From NCBI GenBank assembly GCA_902515455.1, contig CABXUO010000002.1, positions 3,961-67,960 of the forward strand: a DNA stretch of 64,000 nt, given 5' to 3'. Positions 36,597 to 46,935 of this stretch are shown here, piece by piece (the stretch's first letter is position 1; each line of letters opens with the position of its first letter). The notes beneath the pieces are model-generated. The model did no database searches and was not told the origin of the DNA. It saw nothing but the letters and a program-made list of their open reading frames with translations. The position numbers and the translations under genes were made by a program. Source of the stretch: an uncultured SAR86 cluster bacterium. Lineage in GTDB: Bacteria > Pseudomonadota > Gammaproteobacteria > Magnimaribacterales > D2472.

Positions 36597-38111
36597 TTAT
36601 AAATTTCCATTTAAAATTAATTCGGCTAATAAAGGTACCGGTCTACCAGTGCCACCCTTTTTCGCACCACCATTCCATGCACTCGCTGCAATGTCCATGT
36701 GGGCCCATTTAAAATCTTTAGTAAAGTTAGATAAGAAAGATGCAGCATGAATGGTACCAGCTTCCCTTCCACCCCCAATGTTTGCGAGATCAGCAAAATT
36801 TGTTTTGGTGCAGTGTGCATACTCTTCCCACAGTGGAAGTTGCCAAGCTCTATCACCAGATTTTTCACCAGCAGCTAAGATTTTATCTGCAAGAGGTTGA
36901 TTGTTGGCCATAACACCAGTAGCAGGGCTTCCAAGCGCAATCACTACAGCACCTGTTAGGGTTGCCATATCAATAACATGGCTAGGTTTGAATTTCTTTG
37001 AGTAAGTTAACGCATCACATAGAACCAGCCTACCTTCGGCATCAGTATTTAAAATTTCAATGGTTTGTCCTGACATTGAAGTTACAACATCACCAGGTTT
37101 AGTAGCATGAGCAGAAGGCATATTTTCTGCGCAAACCAGCAAACCTACAACATTAACTTTAGCTTTAAGCCTAGCAAGTGTTTGCATAATTCCAAATACA
37201 GAAGCTGCTCCACACATATCCCATTTCATTTCATCCATCGCTGGACTAGGCTTAATAGAGATTCCACCTGTATCAAATGTAATTCCTTTTCCGACTAATA
37301 CAATGGGCTGCTTATTTTTGGCACCACCTTTGTACTCAATGGTCATCATTCTTGATGGCTCATCACTACCTCTTCCAACTGATAAATACGATCCCATTTT
37401 TAATCGTTCCATATCTTTTTCATTAAGACTAGATATCTTGAGGGCTGGAAAATCTTTCTTGAGTGCTTTTGTTTTGCGTTCAATTATCCTTGGGGTGCAA
37501 TGATTTGCTGGTAAGTCACCAAGGTGCTTAGTTGCATTCATACCCTCGCCAACAGCATGACCAAGCTTGACAGCAGCTTTAACAGCTTTAAGTTTAGCTG
37601 ACGTTAAGCCCCCAATTAAAATAGTTCCTTTCTTAACAGTTACTGGCTTCGCAGTTTTATTTTTAGTTGCATTGAAAGTATAAGCTGCAGATTCAAATGT
37701 TCGAGCTGCAACTTCAGCTGCCCAAACTAAATCAAAGTCTTTTGAAGTGGTCGAGCTCATCAGGTAAGCAAAATCTTTTGCTTTAGCTGATTTAACTAGG
37801 CTCATGATTTCTTCGTAATATCGAAGAACTAAAAAACTGGCCGCTTTTGAGTCTGGCTCTTTAATTAACAAAATATTTTTAGCAGCTACCTTCACTGGAG
37901 CAGGCAGAAAAATAGATTTTCTCGATCCACTATTAATTTCTTTGATTGACTCTTTCATCAAAGATTGTGGATTAGATTGCAGTGCCTTGAGTTCACTTGC
38001 TGACGATGTTTTTTTATTAACAGCAATAATTAAGAGATCTGTTTTCACTTTTAGTAGATCTGCAGAATTAATATTGTTTGCTGTTAGACTTGATAAGACT
38101 TTGTAAGCCAT
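36597..38111 (-). CDS. pepA: Leucyl aminopeptidase (M17)
   Basis: 504 aa. M17 signature NTDAEGRLVLCDAL and VGKGITFDTGG. Divergent from lptF, as in other Gammaproteobacteria. Confidence 0.93.
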   Translation of the reverse strand: MAYKVLSSLTANNINSADLLKVKTDLLIIAVNKKTSSASELKALQSNPQSLMKESIKEINSGSRKSIFLPAPVKVAAKNILLIKEPDSKAASFLVLRYYEEIMSLVKSAKAKDFAYLMSSTTSKDFDLVWAAEVAARTFESAAYTFNATKNKTAKPVTVKKGTILIGGLTSAKLKAVKAAVKLGHAVGEGMNATKHLGDLPANHCTPRIIERKTKALKKDFPALKISSLNEKDMERLKMGSYLSVGRGSDEPSRMMTIEYKGGAKNKQPIVLVGKGITFDTGGISIKPSPAMDEMKWDMCGAASVFGIMQTLARLKAKVNVVGLLVCAENMPSAHATKPGDVVTSMSGQTIEILNTDAEGRLVLCDALTYSKKFKPSHVIDMATLTGAVVIALGSPATGVMANNQPLADKILAAGEKSGDRAWQLPLWEEYAHCTKTNFADLANIGGGREAGTIHAASFLSNFTKDFKWAHMDIAASAWNGGAKKGGTGRPVPLLAELILNGNL

Positions 38112-38177
38112 AAACCATACTCCTAATAAAAATTACTGATAAGATAATTATTGTAATGCATCAAGATCGCTAAAGGC

Positions 38178-39308
38178 ATGTATAAAAAGAATATTCTTGC
38201 AATTCATTTAAATTCTCAGATTTTTAAGAGTTTTTCTGTAATCTTAATTATCCTTACTGCTTTAATCTTTTCATCTAGACTTGTTGGATATTTTGAACAA
38301 GCTGCAGCAGGAACCCTGAATCCAGATATTATTTTTACAGTGATTTTATTTAGATTGCCTGATTTTTTAGGATTGCTAATTCCATTTGCATTTTTTTTGA
38401 GTCTCTTGTTAGTTATATCAGAGCTTTATAACTCCAATGGAATCTATGCTTATTTTTCTGCAGGAGCATCTCGATTAAAACTTATCAAACACATCACACC
38501 ATTTTTTGTAATTGCTTTGATTACATGTTCGATAATAAGTATTTTTTTAGCTCCATACGGAAAGGCACTATCGAAAAGCTTGATAGCTGAACAATCCTAT
38601 GAAGATAAGCTTTCGATGCTCAAGCCTCAAACGTTGGTAAATCTAGATGAAAGGGGAAGTTATCTTTTCTTTGAATCATATGATGGAGGTCGAATGACGG
38701 ATGTCACATTTTTTGTTCAAGATGATCCGAGTTTGTCACTCATTAAAGCTGAATTACTCTTAATTTCAAATCAGAATGAAAAAATGATTTTGAATTTTCA
38801 AAATGGATATATTTATCCAGATATAAATAGTGCTAATAAAATAGATGCTTCTTTTAAAAAATTAACTCACTCAATTGAAGTGGAACAACCCTCAAGTAAT
38901 TCACTTTCTCTCTCAAAATTGCTTGATTACAAGAATCGATCTAATTTTATACAGAATCAATGGAATGCCAGCATACCATTGATGCTCATAGCATTAATGT
39001 TGCTTAGCTTTGTTTTTGGTAAAGAAAATCCACGATCAGGAAGAGAAGGCAGTCTTGTGACCGGCATATTAATTTACATATTTTATCTAAGTACATTGGT
39101 TGGATTTAGGGAGAGTTACTCAGATAACTTTGATATATTTTATTACTTCCTTTGGCCTGTTCATCTGATATTTTTAACTTTTGGAGGCCTGCTATTTATG
39201 TTAGATGGAAGAATTTCATTTAAGAATCTTCTTTTTAATTCAAGAATAAAAATCATTGTAATAATCTTTTTAATATTTTTTCTTTTAGTTTGGCTTAGCT
39301 CACCATGA
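38178..39308 (+). CDS. lptF: LPS export ABC permease LptF
   Basis: 376 aa YjgP/YjgQ-type membrane protein. It sits in the classical pepA/lptF-lptG arrangement and has an ATGA overlap with lptG. Confidence 0.8.
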   Translation: MYKKNILAIHLNSQIFKSFSVILIILTALIFSSRLVGYFEQAAAGTLNPDIIFTVILFRLPDFLGLLIPFAFFLSLLLVISELYNSNGIYAYFSAGASRLKLIKHITPFFVIALITCSIISIFLAPYGKALSKSLIAEQSYEDKLSMLKPQTLVNLDERGSYLFFESYDGGRMTDVTFFVQDDPSLSLIKAELLLISNQNEKMILNFQNGYIYPDINSANKIDASFKKLTHSIEVEQPSSNSLSLSKLLDYKNRSNFIQNQWNASIPLMLIALMLLSFVFGKENPRSGREGSLVTGILIYIFYLSTLVGFRESYSDNFDIFYYFLWPVHLIFLTFGGLLFMLDGRISFKNLLFNSRIKIIVIIFLIFFLLVWLSSP

Positions 39309-40300
39309 AAAATATATTTAATACTTACTCTAGGCATCTTATAAAGAAGAGTTTTGTAATTTCAGCCATGGTATGGACTGTAATGCTTTTTCTTGATTTT
39401 TCAGTAACTCTTGTCCTTGAGCTTGAAAACATATCTGCTGAGAAAGATTTTTTTACAATTTTTAGTGTCTTGCTTTATGAACAACCTAATAAAGGTATGC
39501 AATACTTGGAGAGTTCAATGTTGATTGGTACCTTGATTGCACTCTCCATATTTAATAAGCAGGGAAATCTAGTATTTTTAAGATCAGCAGGATTTTCCCC
39601 TATAAAAATTGTTCTTGTATCAGGATTAGGACCAATAATTTTTTCTTTTATGTTGATATTTTTTGATGAGACAGTGTTTTTAGATCTGTCAAAAAAATCT
39701 AAATTACTCAATCAACCTTTTCAGTCCAGCGAGGAAGTTCAATGGGAAATAACAGATAAAAATTTGATTGGTCTCAAGCGAATAAATGATTCAGAAGTTC
39801 GAGCAATTCAAGTAGTAGAATTTGATAATCAGCAACGAATTAGCTCCTCTGACAATTACTTAGAGGGTAATTTAGAAAATGGCGAATTATATATAACTGA
39901 TAAAACTACCCAAAAAATTTTTGATTTTCCTAGTTCTTTTTTTCTATCAAGTAATACTTTAGAAAATTCTTCTTTGTATTCTTTGTTGTCTTTAAGGAAA
40001 GCATATCTTTCCGGTGATGATCTGCAAAAAATCGATTCATTAATATACGCAAAACTATTCTTACCAATATCAATTATTGCGATAATCTTTTTGGCAGGTA
40101 GTTTGATGTTTGACAGTACACGATCTAGTGGAGTTGGTAGTCAAATCGTTCTTGGTATCTCAATCGGATTTATTTATGACTTGGTAAAAGATTTAAGTAT
40201 TGCATCATTTCTAACTTACCAACTGCCTATGGCAATAGCATATCTTTTGCCAATAACAATTTTATTTGGTATTGGAACCTATAGATTTCAAAAAATTTAA
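39305..40300 (+). CDS. lptG: LPS export ABC permease LptG
   Basis: 331 aa YjgP/YjgQ-type paralog directly following lptF. Confidence 0.8.
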   Translation: MKNIFNTYSRHLIKKSFVISAMVWTVMLFLDFSVTLVLELENISAEKDFFTIFSVLLYEQPNKGMQYLESSMLIGTLIALSIFNKQGNLVFLRSAGFSPIKIVLVSGLGPIIFSFMLIFFDETVFLDLSKKSKLLNQPFQSSEEVQWEITDKNLIGLKRINDSEVRAIQVVEFDNQQRISSSDNYLEGNLENGELYITDKTTQKIFDFPSSFFLSSNTLENSSLYSLLSLRKAYLSGDDLQKIDSLIYAKLFLPISIIAIIFLAGSLMFDSTRSSGVGSQIVLGISIGFIYDLVKDLSIASFLTYQLPMAIAYLLPITILFGIGTYRFQKI

Positions 40301-40311
40301 TTAAATTTTTT
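40290..40311. repeat. 22-nt perfect A/T palindrome spanning two abutting convergent stop codons
   Basis: AAAAAATTTAATTAAATTTTTT equals its own reverse complement. The lptG TAA ends at 40300 and the RDD gene's stop starts at 40301. Confidence 0.9.
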
Positions 40312-40714
40312 CTAGCTTCGTCATAGATAGGATATCGTTTACAGCAAGTTTTTTTGAGTTTACATATATCAGAAATAGCGGTATCCCCAGAAGAGCCAAT
40401 ATTCCACAGTTGACTGTATATCTAAGAAAGGTTTGCTTTAGAGTAATTTTGTCTTGGCTAGTATCAGTATTAATAATTCTGAATTTCCAAACTTGCATCC
40501 CAAGTGTCTGCCCGCTCTTTATCCAAAAATATGCATAAAAAGCCCATCCGCTTAAAAAGACTAATAGCATTCCAAGAGCAGGATTAAGGGTTTTTCCTCC
40601 ATTAAGCCATAGTGCAATTGAGCCTACAAGAAACCAAACACCTAGTAATAAAAAGAAATCATAAACTGAGGCTACGATTCTTAGAAGGGGCCCAACGTAA
40701 GGTGTTTTTTCCAT
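40301..40714 (-). CDS. RDD-family small membrane protein
   Basis: Start moved to the ATG at 40714 (MEKTPYVGPLLRIVASVYDFFLL..), because the track's 40855 start overlaps the divergent transporter gene. Three hydrophobic helices, with R/D residues spaced as in RDD proteins. Confidence 0.55.
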   Translation of the reverse strand: MEKTPYVGPLLRIVASVYDFFLLLGVWFLVGSIALWLNGGKTLNPALGMLLVFLSGWAFYAYFWIKSGQTLGMQVWKFRIINTDTSQDKITLKQTFLRYTVNCGILALLGIPLFLIYVNSKKLAVNDILSMTKLEKI

Positions 40715-40755
40715 TAGTTTGATATAGTATTTGTCTAAATCATAACTCAAATAAT

Positions 40756-42222
40756 ATGAATACAAGTAATACTTTTTTTGGTCACCCAATTGGATTGAGA
40801 ACTCTGTTTTTAACTGAAATGTGGGAGCGTATGTCTTACTACGGCATGAGGGCATTACTAGTTTTGTATATGACAGGAGCTGCTACTGGTTTTAATCCAG
40901 GACTTGGTTGGTCACAAGTTGAATCACAGGCTATTTATGGTATTTATTCTGGCATGGTTTACTTTATGGTCGTTCCAGGTGGATGGATTGCAGATAATAT
41001 TTTAGGGCATCAAAAGGCGGTATTAATTGGCGCTTTAATTATTGCTTTAGGGCACTTTACTCTAGCAATTCCTCTTGAACAGACATTTTTCCTAGGTCTC
41101 ATCTTTGTAGTTTTGGGTACCGGCCTACTCAAAGGAAATATATCAACGATTGTTGGTCAACTTTATGAAGGTCAGGATGATAAAAGAGATTCCGGTTATA
41201 CAATTTTTTATATGTCTATCAATATAGGCTCAACCCTTGGATTTTTAATATGCTCATGGCTAGGGGAAAAAATAGGTTGGCATTGGGGTTTCGGCGCCGC
41301 AGGGATTGGAATGACATTTGGCGTTATACAATATATCAAACATAGAAATTTATTAGGTGACGCAGGCATGCATCCTAATGAAATGTCAGATGAAAAGCGT
41401 AAAAAGTATACAAATTACTTGAAAGTTTCCCTGATAGGAATGTTTGCAGTTATTGGAGCAGGCCTGCTAGGGTTTTTTGCTATCGACCCGAGATTTTTTG
41501 CAGAACAATTTGCATATTTTCTTACGATTATTGCTGGTTTATATTTTTTATATCTTTTTATTTTTGCAGGACTAAATGCTAAGGAAAGAAAAAACTTAAT
41601 TTTGTTATTTTTACTTTTTATAGGTGCTGCGGCCTTTTGGTCTGGTTTCGATCAATCTGCAGGCTCATTGAATATTTTTGCCAGAGACTACACAAATTTA
41701 GCAATTTTAGGATATGAGATTCCGGTAGGGTGGTTGCAATTTGCAAATCCAGTAATCGTGGTGCTTTTTGCACCTATTTTTGCTGGAATTTGGGCTCAAT
41801 TAGCAAGAAGAAATTTAGATCCGTCATTGCCATTAAAATTTGCAATTGGACTTTTGTTTATGGCGCTTAGTTTTTTTGTGATGATTATTGCAGTAAAAAT
41901 TGCACTTGAGTCATCTCCAGTTGGCATGCAGTGGCTTTTATTAACATATCTTTTGCAAACATGGGGTGAATTAGCCTTATCTCCAATTGGTTTATCAGCT
42001 TTTTCTCGATATGGTCCCAAGCGATATATGGGTCAAATGTTTGGCCTTTGGTTCCTAGCAAGCGCAATAGGTGGGGTTCTTGCCGGACTACTTGGTGGAG
42101 AGGCACTTGATGGAGGTCTAGAGACAATCTCACCAATTTTTGAATTTATGATTCAATATTATTTGATCATAGCTTTTGCATTGATTGTCTTATCTTTTGT
42201 TATAAAAACCGCAAAAGAGTAG
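40756..42222 (+). CDS. Proton-dependent oligopeptide transporter (POT/PTR2, DtpA-like)
   Basis: 488 aa. PTR2 signature FLTEMWERMSYYGMRALLVLYM and multiple TM helices. Confidence 0.9.
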   Translation: MNTSNTFFGHPIGLRTLFLTEMWERMSYYGMRALLVLYMTGAATGFNPGLGWSQVESQAIYGIYSGMVYFMVVPGGWIADNILGHQKAVLIGALIIALGHFTLAIPLEQTFFLGLIFVVLGTGLLKGNISTIVGQLYEGQDDKRDSGYTIFYMSINIGSTLGFLICSWLGEKIGWHWGFGAAGIGMTFGVIQYIKHRNLLGDAGMHPNEMSDEKRKKYTNYLKVSLIGMFAVIGAGLLGFFAIDPRFFAEQFAYFLTIIAGLYFLYLFIFAGLNAKERKNLILLFLLFIGAAAFWSGFDQSAGSLNIFARDYTNLAILGYEIPVGWLQFANPVIVVLFAPIFAGIWAQLARRNLDPSLPLKFAIGLLFMALSFFVMIIAVKIALESSPVGMQWLLLTYLLQTWGELALSPIGLSAFSRYGPKRYMGQMFGLWFLASAIGGVLAGLLGGEALDGGLETISPIFEFMIQYYLIIAFALIVLSFVIKTAKE

Positions 42223-42227
42223 AGCAA

Positions 42228-43364
42228 CTAATTAATTGTATTGTTAGTTTCAATAAGAATTTGTTGATAAATTTCTTGAAGTTTATCTAAATCTTTTAAA
42301 GATATTCTTTCATCAATTTGATGAATGGTTGAGTTTTTAGGTCCGAGCTCAATCACTTCTGCGCCAGAAGGCGCAACCCATCTTCCATCTGATGTACCGC
42401 CTCCATTATTAACCTCAGCTTCCTTCCCATTAATTTTTTTTAAAGCCGTTTGTATAATTGAGAGAAGGTGAGTTTTTTCTGTTAAATAAGGATTTGCATT
42501 TAATGTCCACTCAATTTCAAATTTACATTTTGATTTGCTAAGAATCTTAGTAAATCTATCTTTTAAAGATTCCGCTGTTGATTCTGGAGAAAATCTAAAA
42601 TTGAACAACATTTTTAAATTTCCTGGCACAACATTTGAAGCACCAGTTCCAGATTCTATGTTTGAAATTTGAAAAGAAGTTGGGTCAAAAAATTTATTGC
42701 CATCATCCCATACGGTTTGATTGAGTTCATTGATAATTGGACCTGCTTCAAGGATTGGACTCAATACTTTTTGTGGATATGCAACATGGCCTTGTTTGCC
42801 AATTAACTTAAGATTTCCGCTTAAAGATCCTCTCCTACCAATCCTAAGAACATCTCCAACACTTTCAGAGGAACTTGCCTCACCTACCAAACAATAATCA
42901 ATAAATTTATTTTGAGCAGTTAATGAATTAATTAAGGTATCAATTTTTCCATCTTCGGGCTCACCTTCTTCATTACTTGTTAACATTATCCAAATTTGAA
43001 AATTAGGCTTAGGATGATCTTTTAAAAAATTTTTTACTGATTCAATAAATACAGCAACACTACCTTTCATGTCAGCTGCGCCTCTCCCTATAAGCTCTCC
43101 ATTAATAATTTTTGCTTCAAATGGAGGAGACATCCATTCTTCCTCAGGCCCTGAAGGAACTATGTCTGTATGTCCTAGGAAGCAAAACACTTTTCCAGAA
43201 TCTCCAAATTTTGCTAATAATGTTTCACAGTTAAGCTCTGGTATTCTCTCAATTTCAAACCCCATCGGCACTAGCGCTGTCTCAATTAGATCAAAACAGC
43301 CTTCATCATAGGGCGATACAGATTTTATCTGAATGAGTGATTGAGCTAGTTTTAAAGCGGACAT
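42228..43364 (-). CDS. dapE: Succinyl-diaminopimelate desuccinylase
   Basis: 378 aa M20 peptidase. Motifs LIQIKSVSP, GHTDIVP and GRGAADMKG. Adjacent to dapD. Confidence 0.85.
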   Translation of the reverse strand: MSALKLAQSLIQIKSVSPYDEGCFDLIETALVPMGFEIERIPELNCETLLAKFGDSGKVFCFLGHTDIVPSGPEEEWMSPPFEAKIINGELIGRGAADMKGSVAVFIESVKNFLKDHPKPNFQIWIMLTSNEEGEPEDGKIDTLINSLTAQNKFIDYCLVGEASSSESVGDVLRIGRRGSLSGNLKLIGKQGHVAYPQKVLSPILEAGPIINELNQTVWDDGNKFFDPTSFQISNIESGTGASNVVPGNLKMLFNFRFSPESTAESLKDRFTKILSKSKCKFEIEWTLNANPYLTEKTHLLSIIQTALKKINGKEAEVNNGGGTSDGRWVAPSGAEVIELGPKNSTIHQIDERISLKDLDKLQEIYQQILIETNNTIN

Positions 43365-43370
43365 AAATTT

Positions 43371-44378
43371 TTAATTTTTGTGAAGCGTTTCATTTAAAGC
43401 AATAGATTTTGGATTAATTCTCGCTTCAATGGCTCCACTTTGAGAATTTCTTATAAATAATAGGTTGTCCTCACCAGCCAGCTGTGATGCTTTTACAACA
43501 GATTCAAGTTCATTATTTTTAGAAAATTTAGTAACTTTTGAACCGCCAGTAATGTAAAGCCCAGCTTCTACAATGCAGTTATCTCCTATTGGAATTCCTA
43601 AACCTGAATTGGCACCTAAGAGACAATTCTCACCAATAGAGATTTTAATATTATTGCCTCCCGAAAGAGTTCCCATGGTACTGCATCCACCGCCTAAATC
43701 AGAATTTTTTCCTACAAGAACTCCTGCAGAAATTCTTCCCTCTATCATTGCAGCCCCCAAGGTGCCAGCATTAAAATTGACAAAACCTTCATGCATTACG
43801 GTTGTGCCCTCGCTAAGATATGCCCCTAGTCTAACTCTACTTGTATCAGCAATCCTAACACCGGGTGGAATAATGTAATCGGTTAGAGGAGGGAACTTAT
43901 CTAATGATTTGATCTCAAGAGATCGATTAGTGCTCTTAGCAAGAAGAATTTCTTTTTCAATCCCCTCAATCTCAATTGGTCCTTGATTTGTCCAAGCAAC
44001 ATTTTCTAAATTTTCAAATAAATTCTCAAGATTTAAAGAATTTGGAAGGAAAAATTTATAAGAAATTAGATGTAGTTTTAAGTATGCCTCTTCAATACTT
44101 TTTATCGGTTTGTCCTCTGAAATTCTAAATAGTACGATGATTTTATTCTTTGCTAAGTTAGAAAAAGAGTTATTAAATTCTTCGTCATCAATATCTAGCA
44201 AACTAATGTTTTCTATTTGTATCAGATCATTTTTAATTAAGTCATTACATTGCTGAAAATGCTTATCAAGCTTATTTTTACCATTTTTGAACAAAATAAA
44301 TGGAAAATAAGCATCCAGCGTCTTACCAGATTTGCCTTTGGTTGCAATACCAACACCAATTAAAGGAAAATTATTCAT
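43371..44378 (-). CDS. dapD: Tetrahydrodipicolinate N-succinyltransferase (long, Pseudomonas-type form)
   Basis: 335 aa with C-terminal hexapeptide-repeat (left-handed beta-helix) sequence. It sits in the conserved dapD-glnD-map block. Confidence 0.8.
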   Translation of the reverse strand: MNNFPLIGVGIATKGKSGKTLDAYFPFILFKNGKNKLDKHFQQCNDLIKNDLIQIENISLLDIDDEEFNNSFSNLAKNKIIVLFRISEDKPIKSIEEAYLKLHLISYKFFLPNSLNLENLFENLENVAWTNQGPIEIEGIEKEILLAKSTNRSLEIKSLDKFPPLTDYIIPPGVRIADTSRVRLGAYLSEGTTVMHEGFVNFNAGTLGAAMIEGRISAGVLVGKNSDLGGGCSTMGTLSGGNNIKISIGENCLLGANSGLGIPIGDNCIVEAGLYITGGSKVTKFSKNNELESVVKASQLAGEDNLLFIRNSQSGAIEARINPKSIALNETLHKN

Positions 44379-44415
44379 AGGCCTATTATATTAGGTCTCA
44401 ATTTATATTGAAGTT

Positions 44416-46935
44416 TTAGAGACTTTTTAATTTTTTTTGTATCTCCTGTGCTTTATTTTTACTAATTGCTGATTTTGTCTTTTCGTCACTCACTGTAAAG
44501 TTATCTTCTACTTTTTCACCAAGTGTTGTAATTCTAGCAGAATCAATACTAACACCATGATCTAAGAATATTTTTGCAACCTCTGAAAGTAAATTCGGTT
44601 TATCTAATGTTTCTAATGTTATGAGGCTAATATTTTTTATTGAAGAATTAGTTATATGAACTTTAGTTTGATACTCAAAGACTTTTTTAGTTTTAGGTTT
44701 AGCTTTGGTAACTGATTTTGAATTTTCAGAGTCAATCGCAGCTATAATTTTTTTCTGAATATTTTGTATGTCCCTTTGTATTAAGTTGCCACCAAGAATT
44801 TTGTGCCTACATATAAAAGTGTTCAATGCATACAATCCATCATCCGTTGTGTGAATATCTGAATCTATCGTTTCAATAGATAGATGTTCAAAGCTCTGAA
44901 CAGTTTTGAAAAATAGACCTGGTTGATTTGAAGTAAAGATAAAAATCTCGATTAAGTTTTTTCTGCTTTTGATAAGTATCGATGTTTTTCCTTCTGAGTT
45001 TGCAATTGTCTTTGCTTGATCTGAAAGTTGCTGAATCTGATATTTTGAGAAATAGGCATCTGACAATTGATTCCAAACTTTTATTAAAAATTCATTTTTA
45101 GCCTCAAGTATTGATTCAATTGAACTTAATTTTCTCTCTTTAATTATTGAATCATTAGATTGTCTTTCGTCTAAATTTAATTTTTTTCTAGATGACATGA
45201 AGAGTTGCTTTAACAAGTCATGTTTCCATGAATTCCATAAATTCGGATTGGTTCCACGAATATCATTAATTGTGAGCATATAGATGTAATTAAGTTTTTC
45301 AGTTGTGTCTACTTGCTTGATGAAATTCTTTATGGTTTCAGGATCATGAACATCGGCTTTCTGAGAAACAGAGGACATTAATAGATGATTTTTCACTAGC
45401 CAACATAACAATTCAGTATCATGAATAGAAAAGTTAAGCCTTTCACAAAATTGATTTACTATTTTTTTACCTATCTCAGAATGATTGCCTCCCTTTCCTT
45501 TGCCCAAGTCGTGAAATATGCCAGCAAGATATAAAAGTTCAATTTTTGGCAATTTATTTATAAGCTCATGTTCGATTTTTAGAGCCTCATCCACTTTCCC
45601 AATCTGCATTTGCCTCATGCTACGAACCACCTTAAAGGTATGTTCATCTACTGTGTATATATGAAACATATCAAATTGCATCTGACCTTCGATTTCTCCA
45701 AATTCAGGAATGAGAAGTCTTAGTAGGCCTAACTGCTTGAGTTTTTTTAGAATCGTGGAAAGATTTGTTGTTGATTTTAAAATCTCAATGAATTGGTTTC
45801 CAGCTTGAGGAGAAAGAAAATAATTTGGATTAATCTTAGTTAGAGCAGATTGAATTTTCTTGATAGATTTAAAATCTAAACCATTGATTTTTTTCAACTT
45901 TCCTACTTTTATTAAGCTCTCCAAAATAAATTCTGGCTTATCAACTAGATCAATTCGATCAGAAATCCCTAATCGGTCTTTGAAAACATAGAAATCCCTA
46001 GAATATGGTCTTTTAAGAATAGTTAACTGATCTTCATAGGCTTGAAAAACTAATTCATTGAAATCTGACAGATTAGATGCATGCAAAAAAAAGGCCCTCA
46101 TAAACTTTTCAACAGCTGAAGATTGTTTTGAGGACTCCAGTTTTGATTTTTTTGCTAGCAAAAGTTGATTCTCAAAACTTATTCGATTGGAGTTGCCGTT
46201 TAAGTTCAATATAAATCTTAAAGATTTAATATGGCTATAGGATCTTTTGACATTTTCAATTTCTTTCTTATTAAATAGCTTAGTTCTTATACAATCCTCT
46301 AGTTTTTCTATTTCAAAGCAATGTTCGAGTATCCAGAAAGCAGTTTGAAAGTCCCTTAAGCATCCCGGCGATTCTTTTAAATCTGGCTCAAGGCTAAATT
46401 CTGTTGAGTCAAAAGATTGATATCTTCTCTGTTGCTCTAATTTCTTTGCTTTAAAAAATTTAGCTTTGTTCCAATTAGAAGAGATTTTTTTTAAATTGTG
46501 CCTTAAATAATTAATCTTATTCTTATTGCAGTAGATGATTCGATTGGAAAGGTACGAGGTAAACTCTTTTAAATCAGATTTAGTAATTGCATCAATATCT
46601 TTAATGGTCCTGACTGAATGACCTATTTTTACGTTTAGGGTCCAAAGCCATCCAATAAAATCTTTAATATCATCAATTTTTTCAGTTTTTTTAATTAACT
46701 GGATTATTGACAGGTCTATATCAGAAGAGGGAAATAGTTCTTTTCGACCATAGCCTCCTAGGGCAACTATTGCAAAATCCTTCTCAAGTTTTCTTTTTAA
46801 GAATTCATCAATAATTAACTCATCGAATATATCAGATCTTTTATTTAAGTATTTTTGAGCTAATTTAGGCGCGTTAAAAATATCTTGATAATTATTTTCA
46901 AATTCAAGATTTATTTTTTCTAATGACTCTATCAA
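44416..46935 (-). CDS. glnD: Bifunctional [protein-PII] uridylyltransferase/uridylyl-removing enzyme
   Basis: 839 aa. Nucleotidyltransferase motif GGYGRKELFPSSDIDL, HD domain FHDLGKG, and ACT-like C-terminal region. ATGA overlap with map. Confidence 0.85.
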   Translation of the reverse strand: MIESLEKINLEFENNYQDIFNAPKLAQKYLNKRSDIFDELIIDEFLKRKLEKDFAIVALGGYGRKELFPSSDIDLSIIQLIKKTEKIDDIKDFIGWLWTLNVKIGHSVRTIKDIDAITKSDLKEFTSYLSNRIIYCNKNKINYLRHNLKKISSNWNKAKFFKAKKLEQQRRYQSFDSTEFSLEPDLKESPGCLRDFQTAFWILEHCFEIEKLEDCIRTKLFNKKEIENVKRSYSHIKSLRFILNLNGNSNRISFENQLLLAKKSKLESSKQSSAVEKFMRAFFLHASNLSDFNELVFQAYEDQLTILKRPYSRDFYVFKDRLGISDRIDLVDKPEFILESLIKVGKLKKINGLDFKSIKKIQSALTKINPNYFLSPQAGNQFIEILKSTTNLSTILKKLKQLGLLRLLIPEFGEIEGQMQFDMFHIYTVDEHTFKVVRSMRQMQIGKVDEALKIEHELINKLPKIELLYLAGIFHDLGKGKGGNHSEIGKKIVNQFCERLNFSIHDTELLCWLVKNHLLMSSVSQKADVHDPETIKNFIKQVDTTEKLNYIYMLTINDIRGTNPNLWNSWKHDLLKQLFMSSRKKLNLDERQSNDSIIKERKLSSIESILEAKNEFLIKVWNQLSDAYFSKYQIQQLSDQAKTIANSEGKTSILIKSRKNLIEIFIFTSNQPGLFFKTVQSFEHLSIETIDSDIHTTDDGLYALNTFICRHKILGGNLIQRDIQNIQKKIIAAIDSENSKSVTKAKPKTKKVFEYQTKVHITNSSIKNISLITLETLDKPNLLSEVAKIFLDHGVSIDSARITTLGEKVEDNFTVSDEKTKSAISKNKAQEIQKKLKSL

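Noticed and set aside
40715-40855. Long form of the RDD-protein ORF, which overlaps the POT transporter start by 100 nt.
   Set aside because: The extension is Tyr/Lys-rich and non-hydrophobic, and it overlaps the divergent gene's start. The internal ATG at 40714 gives a typical RDD protein of about 137 aa. The same logic was applied to the upstream extensions at 9397, 13530, 25621, 30387, 48942, 62085 and 63340.
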